Of a stretch of DNA of 64,000 bases, positions 1 through 14,600 are shown in pieces. The notes under the pieces are model-generated. The model was not told the DNA's origin. It worked only from the letters and a program-made list of their open reading frames with translations, and searched no databases. The translations under genes were made by a program, and so were the position numbers. The DNA is from Antedon mediterranea (Eukaryota > Animalia > Echinodermata). The stretch is from the NCBI RefSeq assembly GCF_964355755.1, contig NC_092670.1, positions 39,110,388 through 39,174,387 on the forward strand, given 5' to 3'. Positions within the stretch are counted from its first letter, which is position 1; each line of letters begins with the position of its first letter.

Positions 1-447
1 TTGCCAAATTTACTTTAAATACTGAATCCTAATAATCTCAGACAGAAAGTCTTGACGAATCTGAATAAAGGTAAAAAAAAAATGACCTTTAGTGTTATCT
101 TAAACCTGTTATGATATTTTTAAAAAAAATTAAATATGGAGTTTCATGAAAAAATAAAAATTTTACATATTGAGGTCAAATGACATCAACATTTTACCTA
201 TAGTGTATTGTAGCAACTGTTTCTATACGTAACTAAGTACAATATTTTTAATATGGGGTTTCATGACTACAAACAATTGATTACATAGCTTTACTACCTT
301 TTCCCAAATTTACTTATCTACTGAATCCCAGAAAATGTCTGACCTTGTGAAAAAAATGTTTTGGGTCAAGTTATGTCAAAATGTATTATTTATGTTATCT
401 TAGAACCTGTTTCTATGCGTAACTAAGGATAATTGTTTTGTTAAATA

Positions 448-978
448 CAGTTGAACCTCCCGTAAGTGGCCACCCTCGGGACCTGGAAAAGTGGCCGCTT
501 ACGGGCGGTGACCCCTTACGGGAGGTTCTGCCGATAAAGGGCCAAAATCACTTATTATGGCTATATACGATATTCTTAACGAAATGAGCCTCTCAATTTT
601 CCAGCTAATTGTAGGCATATTATTATTTATAATCAGGTGGTTTAGTATTTTTTAGCATTTTCAGACAAATTTTAAAAACTTTTATCATATGAAAAATGGT
701 CGGTCAAAATCTGTGTAGTTTTCTCATCTCTTCACAGTAATGTTTTTAAAACCTCTTCAAAATAAAGCTAATATATAAAGAAATACAATAAACATGCACC
801 TCTAATTCATAGGTCCATGCAATAAGTATCACATTTTTCGATTGGCCGCTTACAAAAAATCTCATTTTTAGTATGAAAAGGTGCTCGCAGCTGCTTACGG
901 TGAGCACCAAATGCACTAATTAGATAGGAAGAACAAACAGGCTTTTCAAAGTGCGTCCGTTAAGGGAGGTGGCCGCTG
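448..978. mobile_element. Tc1/mariner-pogo-type non-autonomous element (degenerate)
   Basis: Starts TA/CAGTTGAACCTCCCGTAAGTGGCCACC, ends GGGAGGTGGCCGCTG/TA, with internal repeated GTGGCCGCTTACGGG motifs. Confidence 0.55.
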
Positions 979-2660
979 TAAATAAAATATGGGGTTTTCA
1001 TGAATAAAAATAATCACAGAAGAAAGTGCTTACGAATATGACCTTGTGAAACGGTAATTTGAAAATGCAAATAAGGCATGCCTGCTAATAATCTACAAAT
1101 TTAAATTTGTATGAGATAAATATGCAAAATCTAAAGAATATCTCATTTTTAGTTACCATAGTAACTGTTGCTATGCATAACTAAGGGAAATTAAATAATT
1201 ATCAGATAATTATTAATTAATAATTATTACTGAATCCAACCATCACAGTAAAAAAAATATAGAATTTAAAACCAATAAAGTGTGATATTTTACATGCTGA
1301 CCTTAAATGAAATGAAATTTCAAATCAGGGCTTCAATATTTGTTATGTAGCATTAACATACCTGAGTATATCATTGACTTTTGATTGGTTCTATTTTGGG
1401 GAGGGGAAAGTGGTGGATCCAGGACTTTTAAATAGTTAGGTGGTTGAAGGCGAGGGTCTAAAAACTTAACTTTATGTCCTATCTTTTGCATTGCAATTTT
1501 TAACTTGGGGTGGGTGGGGGCTTGGAGAAAAGGGGGAGGTGGTTGGATGGAGGAGTTTGAATCCGTCTATTCATTGGGGCGATAGTAGCGGCAGTGTGGG
1601 TGGTGCTTGAATGCATGCATTTGACACTCTATAGTGGATGATCGACCAAAGTGTTGCAGTTTATCTTTTTGTGGTTATAGTCAGGGTGGGGGTGGGGAGG
1701 GGTGGTAGTCGAAAGTGGTGGTGGATGGGCATATGGGATCTGCTTAGGTTAGCAAATAAAAGAAGTAAACAAATGAAAGAGGAGCTTCAAAATAAGAGAG
1801 GAGTAATCTGTTGCAAAGATTAAAATTCACAACGATCTGATAATTTATTCAAATTTCCAGAGGATATAACCTATAAAATGACATTAAAACTGGGAATTAC
1901 AGAATCTATAATTAAAAATTTATTTTTTTTCTCACAACACAACTAGAACTATATAAAACATTAAGAATTTTTCTGACCAATGAGTTTCAAATCAAATAAT
2001 CAAAGAAAATAAAATGTTTTTACTAATATACCATGTTTTTTTTTATATAAAAATGCCTATGTTTCTCGCAACACTGCTTGTAGATTTTAAATTTACCCCA
2101 GTATTTTATTTTAGAAATCAATTATTAAACATTAGAACTACCTATTTGTAATAAATCAGCTAAAAAAATACACCACTTTGGGCGTTATGGTGAAGTAAAG
2201 TTTAGTTGCATTGAACAATTTAAAAAAAGTGAAAAACACCCCTTTTTAAATAAATGGTATCTCCCAAAGTATGAAATAAAAAAAATTTAAAACAGGTACA
2301 CAATGCATTGTTATTATGCATACACTAATTATTTTTTATAATTAAATGAACAACACAAAAATATCGCTCATCAAAATAGTGCCAATATCCATTTTAAAAA
2401 ACCTTAAAAAAGGACAAAATTTGTCAAAAACACAAATTTGGCCGTTGCCATGGAAATATACGTTTGAAATAAAAAATACTTCATATTTGATTTCTCTCAA
2501 CACATATATAGCCATGTGCAAAATTTGAAAGAAATCCATTTTTTTGAGTCTGCCACTTTTTTTGATATTTCTTTGATTCTTACAGACAATAGCTCTTAAG
2601 GTGGTTCTTAAACATTCGAAATTAATCAATTGTTTTATGTAAATTTATTTCAAAATTTAG

Positions 2661-5600
2661 ATGACCAGCCACCCAATATAGTTTGTCCACCTAACTTCAA
2701 CATTTTAACTGATGTTGGCCAGTCATACGCAGTATTTGATTATAATTTAACCAGCAATGATAACTCGGGAGTTATGCCAGCAATCTACACCATGTCTCCA
2801 ATGTCAGGTTCTCAATTACAAATTGGTATGCATACTTTTTCGTTTGAAGCGGTTGATCCATCAAGCAACTCTGTTACTTGTAGCTTTTTTGGGTCTGTTG
2901 AAGGTTTGTATAGTTTTTTACTATTTTCTTTTTTTAGAAAACATTTTTTTAGGTTGTTTCACTTGTTTTATGATTGTCCCTGTTTCATTTCTTTGTTTTA
3001 CAATGTTACAATTTTACTTTTGTTTGTCATGCATGCAATGAAATAAAATAAATATCAATCAATATCAAATATCAATCACAATAAAGTACTAGGCCATTAA
3101 CAATCCAAAACATTAGATAAACCAAACACAGAGTAATTGAGAATAATTATTCTATTTTCTATCAGATCATCAAAAGTGATAGGCCTAAATCAATAATCTA
3201 CATAAACATTATTTTGTTTTATTTTTTAACTTTTACATACTTATATTGTATTTCCTTTTTTCTCTTTTGTGGCGTAAAACCGTTCTTATTCACATTAATC
3301 ATAATCTTAAAATCTTCGTACATTTTCACATTTTTTATTATCACATTTTTGTTATTCTCTAATGTTTTTTTAATTCAATTTTGATAAATCAGCGGTATAT
3401 TATCATTTTAAATTTTGTAAAAATTCAAAATGTTCATATTTCTTCACATTTTTTTATATTCCATATTTTTTAATTTTGTCATGAATTTTCTTATATTTTT
3501 CTATGCTACTATTTTTACATTATCACTGTTATAATTAAAACAAAAATAAAAATAAAAGTGTATAGCATGGTATACACAGACTATCAGCAGTACACGAGCA
3601 GTGCAGTCATTTGCGAGTATTTTGAAGATTTGCATGGCAAAACAAAAATATATGTCAAAATAATTGTGAGAGTAATACGTTAGTCTTCACAGCCAAACTC
3701 AACAAATTTTCTTTATATACAGAAATCATGATTAATAAAAAAAATATTATAATGTTATTTTCAATACACAGATTTTAACCTAAGAGTCTATATTCGTTAT
3801 TTTTAAACAATACACATATAAATTAACAGTTTCAAAAATACTTATGTTTTAGATCATGAGCCTCCAACAACAAATTGTACAGAAGACATTCATGTAGCTG
3901 CTAGTGAAAATATGACGACTGCTATCAACGTAGCATACCCAGATATCATATTCAAAGATAATTCAGGCATGAATATCACTGTCTCTGAAAACATAGCATC
4001 ACCATCTGACTTCAGAATTGGAATTACACAAGTGGTTGTGAATGGCACTGATACATCTGGCAACAGTGTTAGATGTATTTTCTACGTAAATGTTACAGGT
4101 AAACGTGTTGGAAAACGCTTGCAATTGTTGCTAGAGTTATACTATTATGTTAATAATTCAGAAAATAGCTGGTGGGAAGATTTTGAATCACGGCTTTATA
4201 TTGTAATGTATATGGCATTGGAGTAAACTTGCGAGGCGTTATCTCCATGGTTACCATCCAATGCCAGACTCTACTTGATCCGTTGTTTACTCCATTTTTT
4301 AAACGATCCGTCTAGCCGAGTTGTGAGTTGAACGTTGAAATCAGTTTCTGTTAAATTAGTTTCTTGATCATCTTATAAGTTACATTTATAAATGCAGTAT
4401 CTGTTGGTGTGTGTCAATCGAATTCTTGTCATTCAATGATGATGAAAAATATGTTTTTTATTTTGTTTTTAGATAGTGAAAACCCGATGATTTCTTGTCC
4501 TGCCAACCAAACACTACCAGCCGATGAAGGGTCCACTGGCACACAAGTAACATGGGATGACGCCACCGCAACAGACAATAGTGGAGTTGTTACGGTAGTG
4601 CAAGGAGATGGAGAACCATCGTCTGGTGGAACCTTTACCTTAGGAAGTCCTAGGACCTTGTCGTATATTGCCACTGATGAATCTGGAAACTATGCGACTT
4701 GCACATTTGTGATTTATATTATCGGTAATGATGATAAGCAAACAACATTCCCACTCCTGAGGTCGATCAAAGCATATTGATCGAAACGTCGAGAAACTCA
4801 ACAGTTGTTTTAAAATTAATACACGTGGTGTACTACAAACTTTATATCAACAGATAAAAAAAAGTGAAATATATAATCTAAGATGTTGGGATGTTTTTAA
4901 GCTATGTCTACACTATCAAACTAGTTTGACAAAAAAAGTGTGATGTGTCCAAATATGGTAGTGATATACCCAAATATGGTAGATGATATGACATCATCAT
5001 GTCCATATAAGGGCACATCACATTTTTTGGACAAATAAAGGATGATAGTGAAAACAGAGCTTTAAATAAACATTGTAGTTTCATGTGGAATAACATAATG
5101 CTTAGATGGATACAGTATGTGGATTATAGAAGTTATATAAACTGAAATTATGGAATTTGTTTATAATTGTATGGTTTTAAAGTTATAAATAATAACACTA
5201 ATAAGAATATGAAATTGACCATATTTATCTATATATTGATATTATATTGATATTTATCTATGCATTGTGGTTCTGAAATAACTAATACTGGTAACCAGTT
5301 GAGGAGCACCATTGTATATAAATATTGTATATTATAGCTATTGTTTTTTTTTTATAGATATGGAATCTCCGGAAATTATGAACTGTCCAACTGGTAGAGT
5401 GAACAGCACAGATTTATCAATAAATTCAACAACGATCTCGTGGGACGAACCGACCTATAGTGATAATACTAACGACGTTTTAACTTCAGACTCGACTCAC
5501 AGCAGTGGTGATGAGTTTTTCATCGGTGTTACAACTGTTGTTTATACGGTAGAAGACGAATCTGGGAATATGGCAACATGCAATTTCACCGTTACAATTC

Positions 5601-8600
5601 TTGGTATGTTTTTCCATTTTACATTGTGCACACGGTCATTATATTTGGTATATACTTGTTAAATTTTCTTGGACTATGATTACAATTTATGGCAATCTTG
5701 TACACTTGTGAACCGCTAAAATTATAGAACTTTCTTGCGTAGATTTGGAGCCACCGACGTTTAACTGTTCAGATGACATTATTTTGAATACGTCACCAGG
5801 CGAAAACTACGCTTCTGCTACTTGGCAACCACCAACTTATGAAGACAATTCATTTGATGACGTCACCGTGACATCATCTCACGGCGATCCACCAGTAAAT
5901 TTAGAAATTGGTGACCACGACATTATGTACAATTTTACCGACCAATCTGACAACCAGGCTTCATGCTCTTTCACAATTACTGTAAATGGTAAATAAAAAG
6001 TTTACATTTAGACTTCAGTAGATTTAGTATCTCGCAATCCCACCTGTAAATGGAAAGTATATCCTGTACTTAGGCCTACCTGTAATACACAATACCTAAC
6101 GAAATACATTTCCCCCAAATAATGTGCAGGCAAAATGCCGTTAATATTTCTTCATACACATCTCAACTGAAATTAAAGATGTTCTCAATAATGAAGACGG
6201 CTAGAAGTACAATTACTGTACTACGTTAGCCATAAATATTTTGTCTTAACACTTAATATTTCATTCTATATTCAGATAATCAAGCTCCCCAAGTCATTTT
6301 TTGTCCCGAAGATGTAAACGTTACTTCAATTGATTTTATGGCTTACAACACCATTTACTGGAATCCGCCCAACGTAACGGATAATAGCGGAAACTTTACA
6401 ACAACGAATACACATGACAGTGGCGATACATTTTTTATAGGAATAACAGAAGTGGTATATACTTTTACTGATGGCGCTGAAAACGTTGCAACTTGTGCAT
6501 TCAATGTAACAATAATAGGTAAAATATGTATTTATATGCCTGATGGTTGGAGTATAACAACTCAATCTACAAACGATAGAGATCAGGAGAGTGAAAACAG
6601 ATGCGAACCTCAAACTTGTAAATTTTTCTATAATTACATAGGCCTAGATTTTTTTAAAATACAATACAAACAACATCACGATAGATTCAGGATCGGATGA
6701 CCAGATCGTTAGACAGAAGACTCAATATACATCAATAGGCCTACACTACATCACCACAATAATATGTATTTTTACATTTATTTAGATGACGAAGAACCCG
6801 TTGTATTTTGTCCATCTAATGCTACATATTCTACTGAACCTGGCCTAGACTACGCTAACGTGTCGTACATGTACAGTGCTTCAGACAACGATGTGTCTCC
6901 ACCAACTGTTACTACATTAGACGCCATGACAGGAGCGCTAGAAGAAGAAACACAAACTACCTCTACAGTAACTGTAATTGAAAATGTAAACATTGGCACC
7001 CATGGCTACGATTTAATAGCAACCGATACATCTGGAAATATAGACGAGTGTAGCTTTTACATAATTGTAGAAGGTAAATAACAGCAATACAAATTCTATA
7101 TGATTTTCTTTTTTGATAATCCAACAAATGAAGAAAATCCTATAATAATAAGAGATCCAGATAAACCTTTTAATCACTAATATCAATAATCGTGTAAGCT
7201 GATACATGTTCCACTTATGATACCATGTAACTTTAGTTGCGAATGTTTTGTAGAAGGAAAAAAAGCTCAAAAATGTCAACTCCAATTAACACAAAAATGG
7301 CTGCTAATATTGTAACCACTTCAAGCGCTTGGTGGAAAAGTGCGCATTAAAAATCATGATTTGTATTAGTTAGCCTATATTGTAGGCCTATTTGCTGCGT
7401 AAAATACGTCAATTTTATATTGTTTTTTTCTTTACGTTGTAGATGACGAAGCGCCAATGATTACGAACTGCCCAATAACAAGTACAATTTATACTGTCAC
7501 CGGAGAAAGTTTTGGACTTTTGAGTTTTTCCCCAGCAACAGCATCTGATAACTCGGGATCTGTGAGTGTTTCGTCAGTCGGCATTCCATTGGACTTGATG
7601 TATTACCTCGCCAGCTCTCCATACACTATAGTGTACACGTTTAGCGACAACAGTTCCAATACGGCTAACTGTAGTTTTCAGGTTATTGTTACCGGTAAGT
7701 ATCTAAATATAAATTATGGTTAATTCTGACATAGGCGAGCACAATGGAAAAACTTCGGTATAAATCTCCGCATTGGATACCTTATCTATCTTAGATGTAC
7801 CGGGAAACGTAGATTTGATAACATTTGTTTTCGGTACTACGCTATTGATCCATATTTCTATCTTAGGAAGATATGATTTCAATTGTACGCGATTCGAAGT
7901 AATTTCCGGGTTCACGATAACCTCACACGTTCACCTTGCAACTTCCTGGTTTCAAATAAGTTGGCCGTTAGTGGCTATATAGCCTTTTTAGTTTTTTGTT
8001 TATTTTCGGATCGGACCGCGCGTGTGAAGGTTCGGTAGTTAAAAAATAAAAATTATACTGCAAATTAATAAAGATCAAATTAAATATACGCCATAAACCA
8101 TCGGAATATATTGTGGGGAATAATATTATAAAATTACATAGGGAGATCTGATGATATTATTAGGATGACATATATTTTAATAAACGCCTCAAGAAACATC
8201 ACTTTGATAATAATCGCCAACCACCCCCCGCCCCCACAAACCCAACTATCTACTAAACGCCCATCCGCAATTATACACACAATGTTGTATTATATTTATA
8301 GTAATTCACAATGATACTATTTGTAGTAGAATTCATCGCACTGTTATCTAGAATTTACCAAGCATTTGACATTTATTTTAATAAACGATAATACATCACT
8401 TTGAATAATAATCGCCCCTCCCCCAACCCAACTATCTACATTTATACACACAATATTGTATTATATATATATATATTTATGGTAACACAATGATACTGTT
8501 TGACAAAAAACGTACAAAGAGAACGTCCTTTTTACACGAGTCATTATCCGACCGAGAACCATCGTCTACACTTCCTAGAGGGAGCGAGCGAAGCGAGCTC

Positions 8601-11600
8601 ATCACCCGGACCCTCTAGTTCTTTAAATTACTAGAAGAATAATTGTTATTGAGACGAGACAACGAAAACCAGAATACGCTTAGGATGTTGGTAATAAATA
8701 CAAATGTTGGTAATAAGTATAGGGCCTACATATTTTTATTTTAAATATGTACATATTACCAACTTATTAAAACTGCTTAACACCTTCCTTCTTGGTAGAA
8801 TAACTTTAATGTGTTCAGCTCGGTCTACACTATCAAACTTTATGTAACAACAAAATGTGATGTGCCCATAAATGGACATGATGATATCACTACCATATTT
8901 AAGCACATCACTATCATTATTTGGGCATATCACACTTCTTTAAAATTAGTTTGATAGTGTAGACAGAGCTTCATGGAAGAACATTTCAAAACAAGACATT
9001 GAATAATCTAGTAAGAGATCCATTCTCTACCATCTATACTCGTGTGAGCGACTCATAATGAAGTTCTTATATAACATATTTTCAGTGAGCCACGCCTGAA
9101 CATTCGTATACCGTTTTAATTTCTTCGTTTTTTTTGTTTTCGTTTGTTTTCAGATATTGAACCGCCAACTTCAAATTGTTCTAGCGACCTTAGCTTTACC
9201 ACAAGTCCCAACATGGCAGTAGCTGTTAACGTTACGTTACCAACGATTGTTTTTGACGATAACTCAGACGAAGCTGTCAACGTTTTACAGAACATCAACT
9301 CTCCATATGACTTCCCTATAGGAAGTACACTTATAGTAGTAAACGGCACTGATCCGTACTCTAACACATTTACTTGCGAATACTCGATCAATGTTACAGG
9401 TAATAGCCTTTCATTTACGTAGTTAAACTTGCTTCTTTTACTAGAATTCAATGCAAAAACACCTGCAAGTAATTTGACTTATCGTGAAGCACCATCTAAA
9501 TTGTTACTTGTGATTGGTCAAAGTACTTGCGTTGCGTATACGTCATTGTGCTGTGATTGGTCAAAGTACTTGCGTTGCGTATACGTCATTGTGCTGGTCC
9601 TAGTGGAAATCAAGCTTTACTATGAGACCGGTATGAATGACTAAGAATAAAAATAAAAATGTTTGCGCCTGATAAAAAACGTCCGAATGACTTAAACGTA
9701 ATGGTAAATCTATTTTATTTTTTTATTTTAATAAATAAAAAATATTGAATTCCTAATAAATAATGTATATGTGTCTGTCTGTCTGTCTATTAGATAACGA
9801 GGCGCCAGTCATCCTCAATTGTCCTGGTAACATTACGGAGCCCACCAGCTTTGGAGCATTCTGTGGATATGCAAACTGGACAGAACTTGAATTCTCTGAT
9901 AATTCGGAAGATAATCTAACTGTAAATGTAAACGGAGTAGAACCAGACAACAGATATTCCATTGGTTTAACTTTGGTTGAATATATCGTAGAGGATAATT
10001 CTGGAAATTCTGCATCATGTTCATTTTTCGTAAACATCATTGGTAAAATATTGGACGATTATCTGTCCCGTTGTTCATATAACATGTAGGAAAATAAAAA
10101 TAGAATTCATTGGAGATATACAGATTTAACAATTCTATAAACAAACGGATAAGTGCTTCAGTTAAATAAGCGCGTACAAAAAGGCGCTTAAGTAGAATTT
10201 TAAGCGCTAAAGTAAAATAAGCAATATACGGTAATCAAATAATGTTTATTATTTATTACTGCATGTTGGTCTTTTACAGATAATGAACCCCCATTCGCAC
10301 TGTGCTATGATGTCAAGAATTTTACGGTTGACGGGAAACCATTTGGTGTCATCAATACCTACAATATAACAGGATTCGATAACAGTTTAGACAACATTGA
10401 ATTTCGGTATGATATTGAAACCGACGCAAACTTTTCAATTGGAGAAACTGAAGTGTTCGTTCAAGTTATCGACTCTTCTAATAACGTGGCCAACTGTACA
10501 TTTACAGTTAGAATCATTGGTAAATCAATCTTTATTATGTTTTAAAGTGTGTTTTCCACTATGATTAGGACGTTTTGGATTATCTGTCAAATTACTTTAC
10601 GTTGAATCTTAAGCCTAATCAACTGTACTAGCAGGCCTTTCTAACAAATTTGTTTGGAGAAGTTCTGGTTAAACTACAATCTTTTTTACAGGAGGTTGTC
10701 ATTTTGCCCACATTACTGCGAAAACTGTGATTTGTTTGGCTAAGTTCATCAGAAAACTAAGGTTTCACGAAGGTGCATGGCCTAACTAACTTGTTTTCTG
10801 TAGTTTTACGAAGTTTGTCAACTTGTCCATATACTTGCAAACTTTGGACAAATTTGCTTAACAAACTCGAATTGACACAATGTTTAGCCTTAATTAAGAT
10901 TAGGTTACAGTACAGTTTTTAATATCTGAATTTCCATCTTTACAAATATAAATGTTTTTTAAAAGTTGATATTATTGTTTTGTGAAGGTTTCTATTAGAG
11001 AACGCCGTTTTTATCGAACATTAGGCGTTTGATGTCCCTTTGTGACGTCACTAACGAAATTACGCTACACGGGTTTTTCCTCGTTTGAATTAATCTATGC
11101 TGGGGTACTTACACACTGTTCCCCAGTTAGCGGTGATGGTGTATCCCAATACTCCGGTTTGGGGGTGCTAGCTTAGTGCTGTTGTCTTTTTTTTCTCTTC
11201 CTTTTGTTTTCCACTCTTTTTATTGTCGAGCGCATAGAGACATCGTTTATTTGCGCTATATAAATCACCCTTCTTATTATAATTATTATTATGTAAATTA
11301 TAATATATTCATGATTAATTTATCATTATAGATGACGAAGATCCAATCGTAAATTGCCCGGCGGAGTTCATAACAACAACAGACGCTGGGTTGTACACTG
11401 CATATGTGAGTTTCACTGCTCCTAATGCCACTGATAATTCTGGTGGTATGTTAAACGTGCAATCTAACTACGAACCAGGCGATTTATTTATGTTTGGATC
11501 AACTAATGTCAGTTATACATTTCAAGATGAAAGTAATAACACGGCACTGTGCCAGTTTACTGTTATAGTAAATGGTAAGATTGATTAATTCTTATTTATT

Positions 11601-14600
11601 TCACTTAAACTTATTAGCATCTTATACAGTAAATATGTCTGGTAAGTAAACAATAAATGCATTGACGTTCACATTGAGCCTTAGTGGTGTGCGTTCTATT
11701 CATGTTTCATAATTTGGAATTTACTGGAATTTTCGGCACATATATGAAACAGGAATTAGATCTATCAAAAATGCATTTTTTTTCTTATTTAAAGCACTTT
11801 CTTGACGCTACCGGAATGTGCAATTCGGGACACGTCACATGAGAGGATAGCTAAGTCTGAACAAATTACGTTACGATATAAACTGTCGACAACTCCATTT
11901 TATGTATTTTTCAATTATGATTTAAAAAACATTCTTATTTGTAGATGAAGAGGATCCGACCATAACTTGTCCAGGAAAACAAGTAGTAGATACCACTGTT
12001 GATCAAGCGATTGCCCTTAATGTGACATATGAATCGCCTGTGAGTTTTGATAACTCAGGAGACGTCGAGATTACGTGTTGGCCGGGAAATGGTTCGGACT
12101 TCACACTTGGATTAACTTTAGTTACTTGCACTGCAACCGATCCCTCAAACAACACGGCTGCATGTGACATTGCAATTGAGGTAGTAGGTAAGGCGTTATC
12201 ATACTTGTTGTATAAAATAACCATGGATTAAAGAATAGAAGGATATGCATCGACGTGAGATCAAGGGTTCCTTGACTCTCGCCGACAGACCGCGGACCGC
12301 CCACAATGTTACAGTTTAATTAACCGCATGGTAACAACGAAACGGTCGCGTGCCTAATATATTGTTTACTGCACATGTGCAACGACATTTAACCTTGTTG
12401 GCTACTACGCTTCTTTCGCGCGTTCTTTGGTGGCATGATGTTTGTAGATGGTCAACTATTGACTATGTTGGTTTCTGCCGCGATTGATCTACGCTAATGA
12501 TTTTTTTATGATGATTAAAGTAGCATTTTATGACCTGTAGTAGCCCTACATCTGAGACAATAACTATTAGTTTGTCTCATTTGTTGTAAAATTACAAAAT
12601 CAGCAAGAATGCTAGCCTAGCTAGGCCCAGGCCTTGTACTAACTAGGCTAAACTGGGCTAGTAAACCCTATGATTTGCCGACATTGATACTGCCTAGGTA
12701 GGCCTAGGCTAATCTTAAATACTCACCGTTGTCTTACTTCTTGTGTGAATAATAATAATAGGTAGGCCTACTTCGTTTGTTCGTGATCAAGTTTGCCCTG
12801 CGTGTACTTTTCAAAACGACCGCTAGGTAACGAATCGCAACTATACATAGCCAGCCAATCCCGGATCAGGGATCGCTGTTTTCATTCAATTAGGCCCGGT
12901 GATTGGATGTGATGTGGATGACATAACCACTAGCCAATCACCAGGCACTACAGTTTAAATATAATCACATCGATAATTAAGGAGATTTATGAAGAAACCA
13001 CTGCTTAGCCATATATTAAAAAACACGATTGTTGTATGTCTGAACACCGGCCACGCTAACAACATACATGGTCAAATGCATAATTTAATATTCTATAGAT
13101 TAACGCAATTTTTAATGACAGAAGATGGCAGGCAAATAATGATAATTCAAATATAAAAATGGCATATTTTATTAATATTACCAACTACCTAAAATTACCA
13201 GTCGTAAGAAAGTGAACTTTTCGTAGTCCGATTGTGATGAAACTAAAACAGAATTATTCAGCAATATATGTTTGTTATCAATTAATCATCGACGCAGACA
13301 TGTCAATAGAACATTCAGACTGCGCATACGATTTCTACATGGTTACGTTTTGGTCTCAAAAAATGTAACAGTTGATTCGCAGCGTTTTACAGAGGGCCGC
13401 GGTTAGAGACACGGAGTTCAATGAACGTGTTTGTTTGATTGGCAGCAGTGCTTTAGTATAGGCAAGCGCGTTGTAAAATCGTTTGATGTCACCGTCGATG
13501 CATATCCTTCTATTCTTTAATCCATGAAATAACCGAAGCGTACATTTTACTAAATTATGTTACAGTTTGCAGGATGCAACATATTTAACCCTCAAAAAAC
13601 GTTATAAGAAGAGGAGGGAGGCTACTAATCGGTCTGATACGACTCGCCAGCCTCTTACATCACTAAATTAAAGTGGCACAACGGTAAATTCCGGTGAGCT
13701 ACTTGACACTTTCTAATTCAGTGAATTTCTATGTATTTATACAGATAATCAACCACCGACCATAGAGTGCAATATAACAGAAACCTACTATACTCCAGCT
13801 AACTCGGCTACAGTTACATTAGTGAATACCATAATTGACTACAGTGACAATGTAGAGATAGCCGATGTTTTCCAGAGTTATCCACCTGGATATGAGTTGG
13901 CAATAGGCGAAACAGTGATAACTAATTACGTCAATGATACTTCTGGAAATTCTGCATCTTGTTCTGTAACTGTAATAGTAATCGGTAAGTAATCTAGGTT
14001 CTAATTCGTAAAGAGAAAGATATCTTGACACACATGGGTCTCATGAACATACTTAAAACAAGTCTTTCGAAAGTATGAGAGTTAGGCCTACTAATACATT
14101 AAGAAATCGTACTTCAATTTCAAGTAACATTTACTGCTTTCAGGGAATAAATTACAAATCTTCTAAAACAATAGTAATTGAGCAAAATACTTCTGTATAC
14201 TTACTATGCTATTAATATTTAAATTTGCTTAAAGATAATATATTACCAGTAATCACCAACTGCCCGTCAAATTTCAACATGTCTACGGATGTTGGAAGCA
14301 ACAGTGCGACGATCAGCTGGCAAATGCCAAACGCGACCGATAATGACGGATTACCGCCCTCAGTTTCCGTTAACTTGGTAAACGGAGGCTCTTACGAAAT
14401 AGGAGAGTACGAGGTGGTATATAACTTTACAGATTCTTCAAACAATACGGCCATTTGTACCTTTACATTCAGCGTTTACGGTTAGTACAAGAATGATTTT
14501 TGGAACAGAGGTAAATCAGAATGAGCGTAGTTGTTAAATCTAGTGTCGATTAACCTGCATGACTTTTTGTAACATTATTTACTAAAATTGACTTTTATTT

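Noticed and set aside
1-1330. Degenerate recurring units (TACTGAATCC, AACTAAG, GGGGTTTCATGA)
   Set aside because: Probably an old tandem or transposon-internal repeat; boundaries could not be defined and there is no coding signal.
1397-1823. G-rich patch and 61-aa ORF as a first exon or promoter of the HYR gene
   Set aside because: No signal peptide or convincing phase-1 donor. It looks like decayed repeat sequence, so the gene start is presumed upstream of the window.
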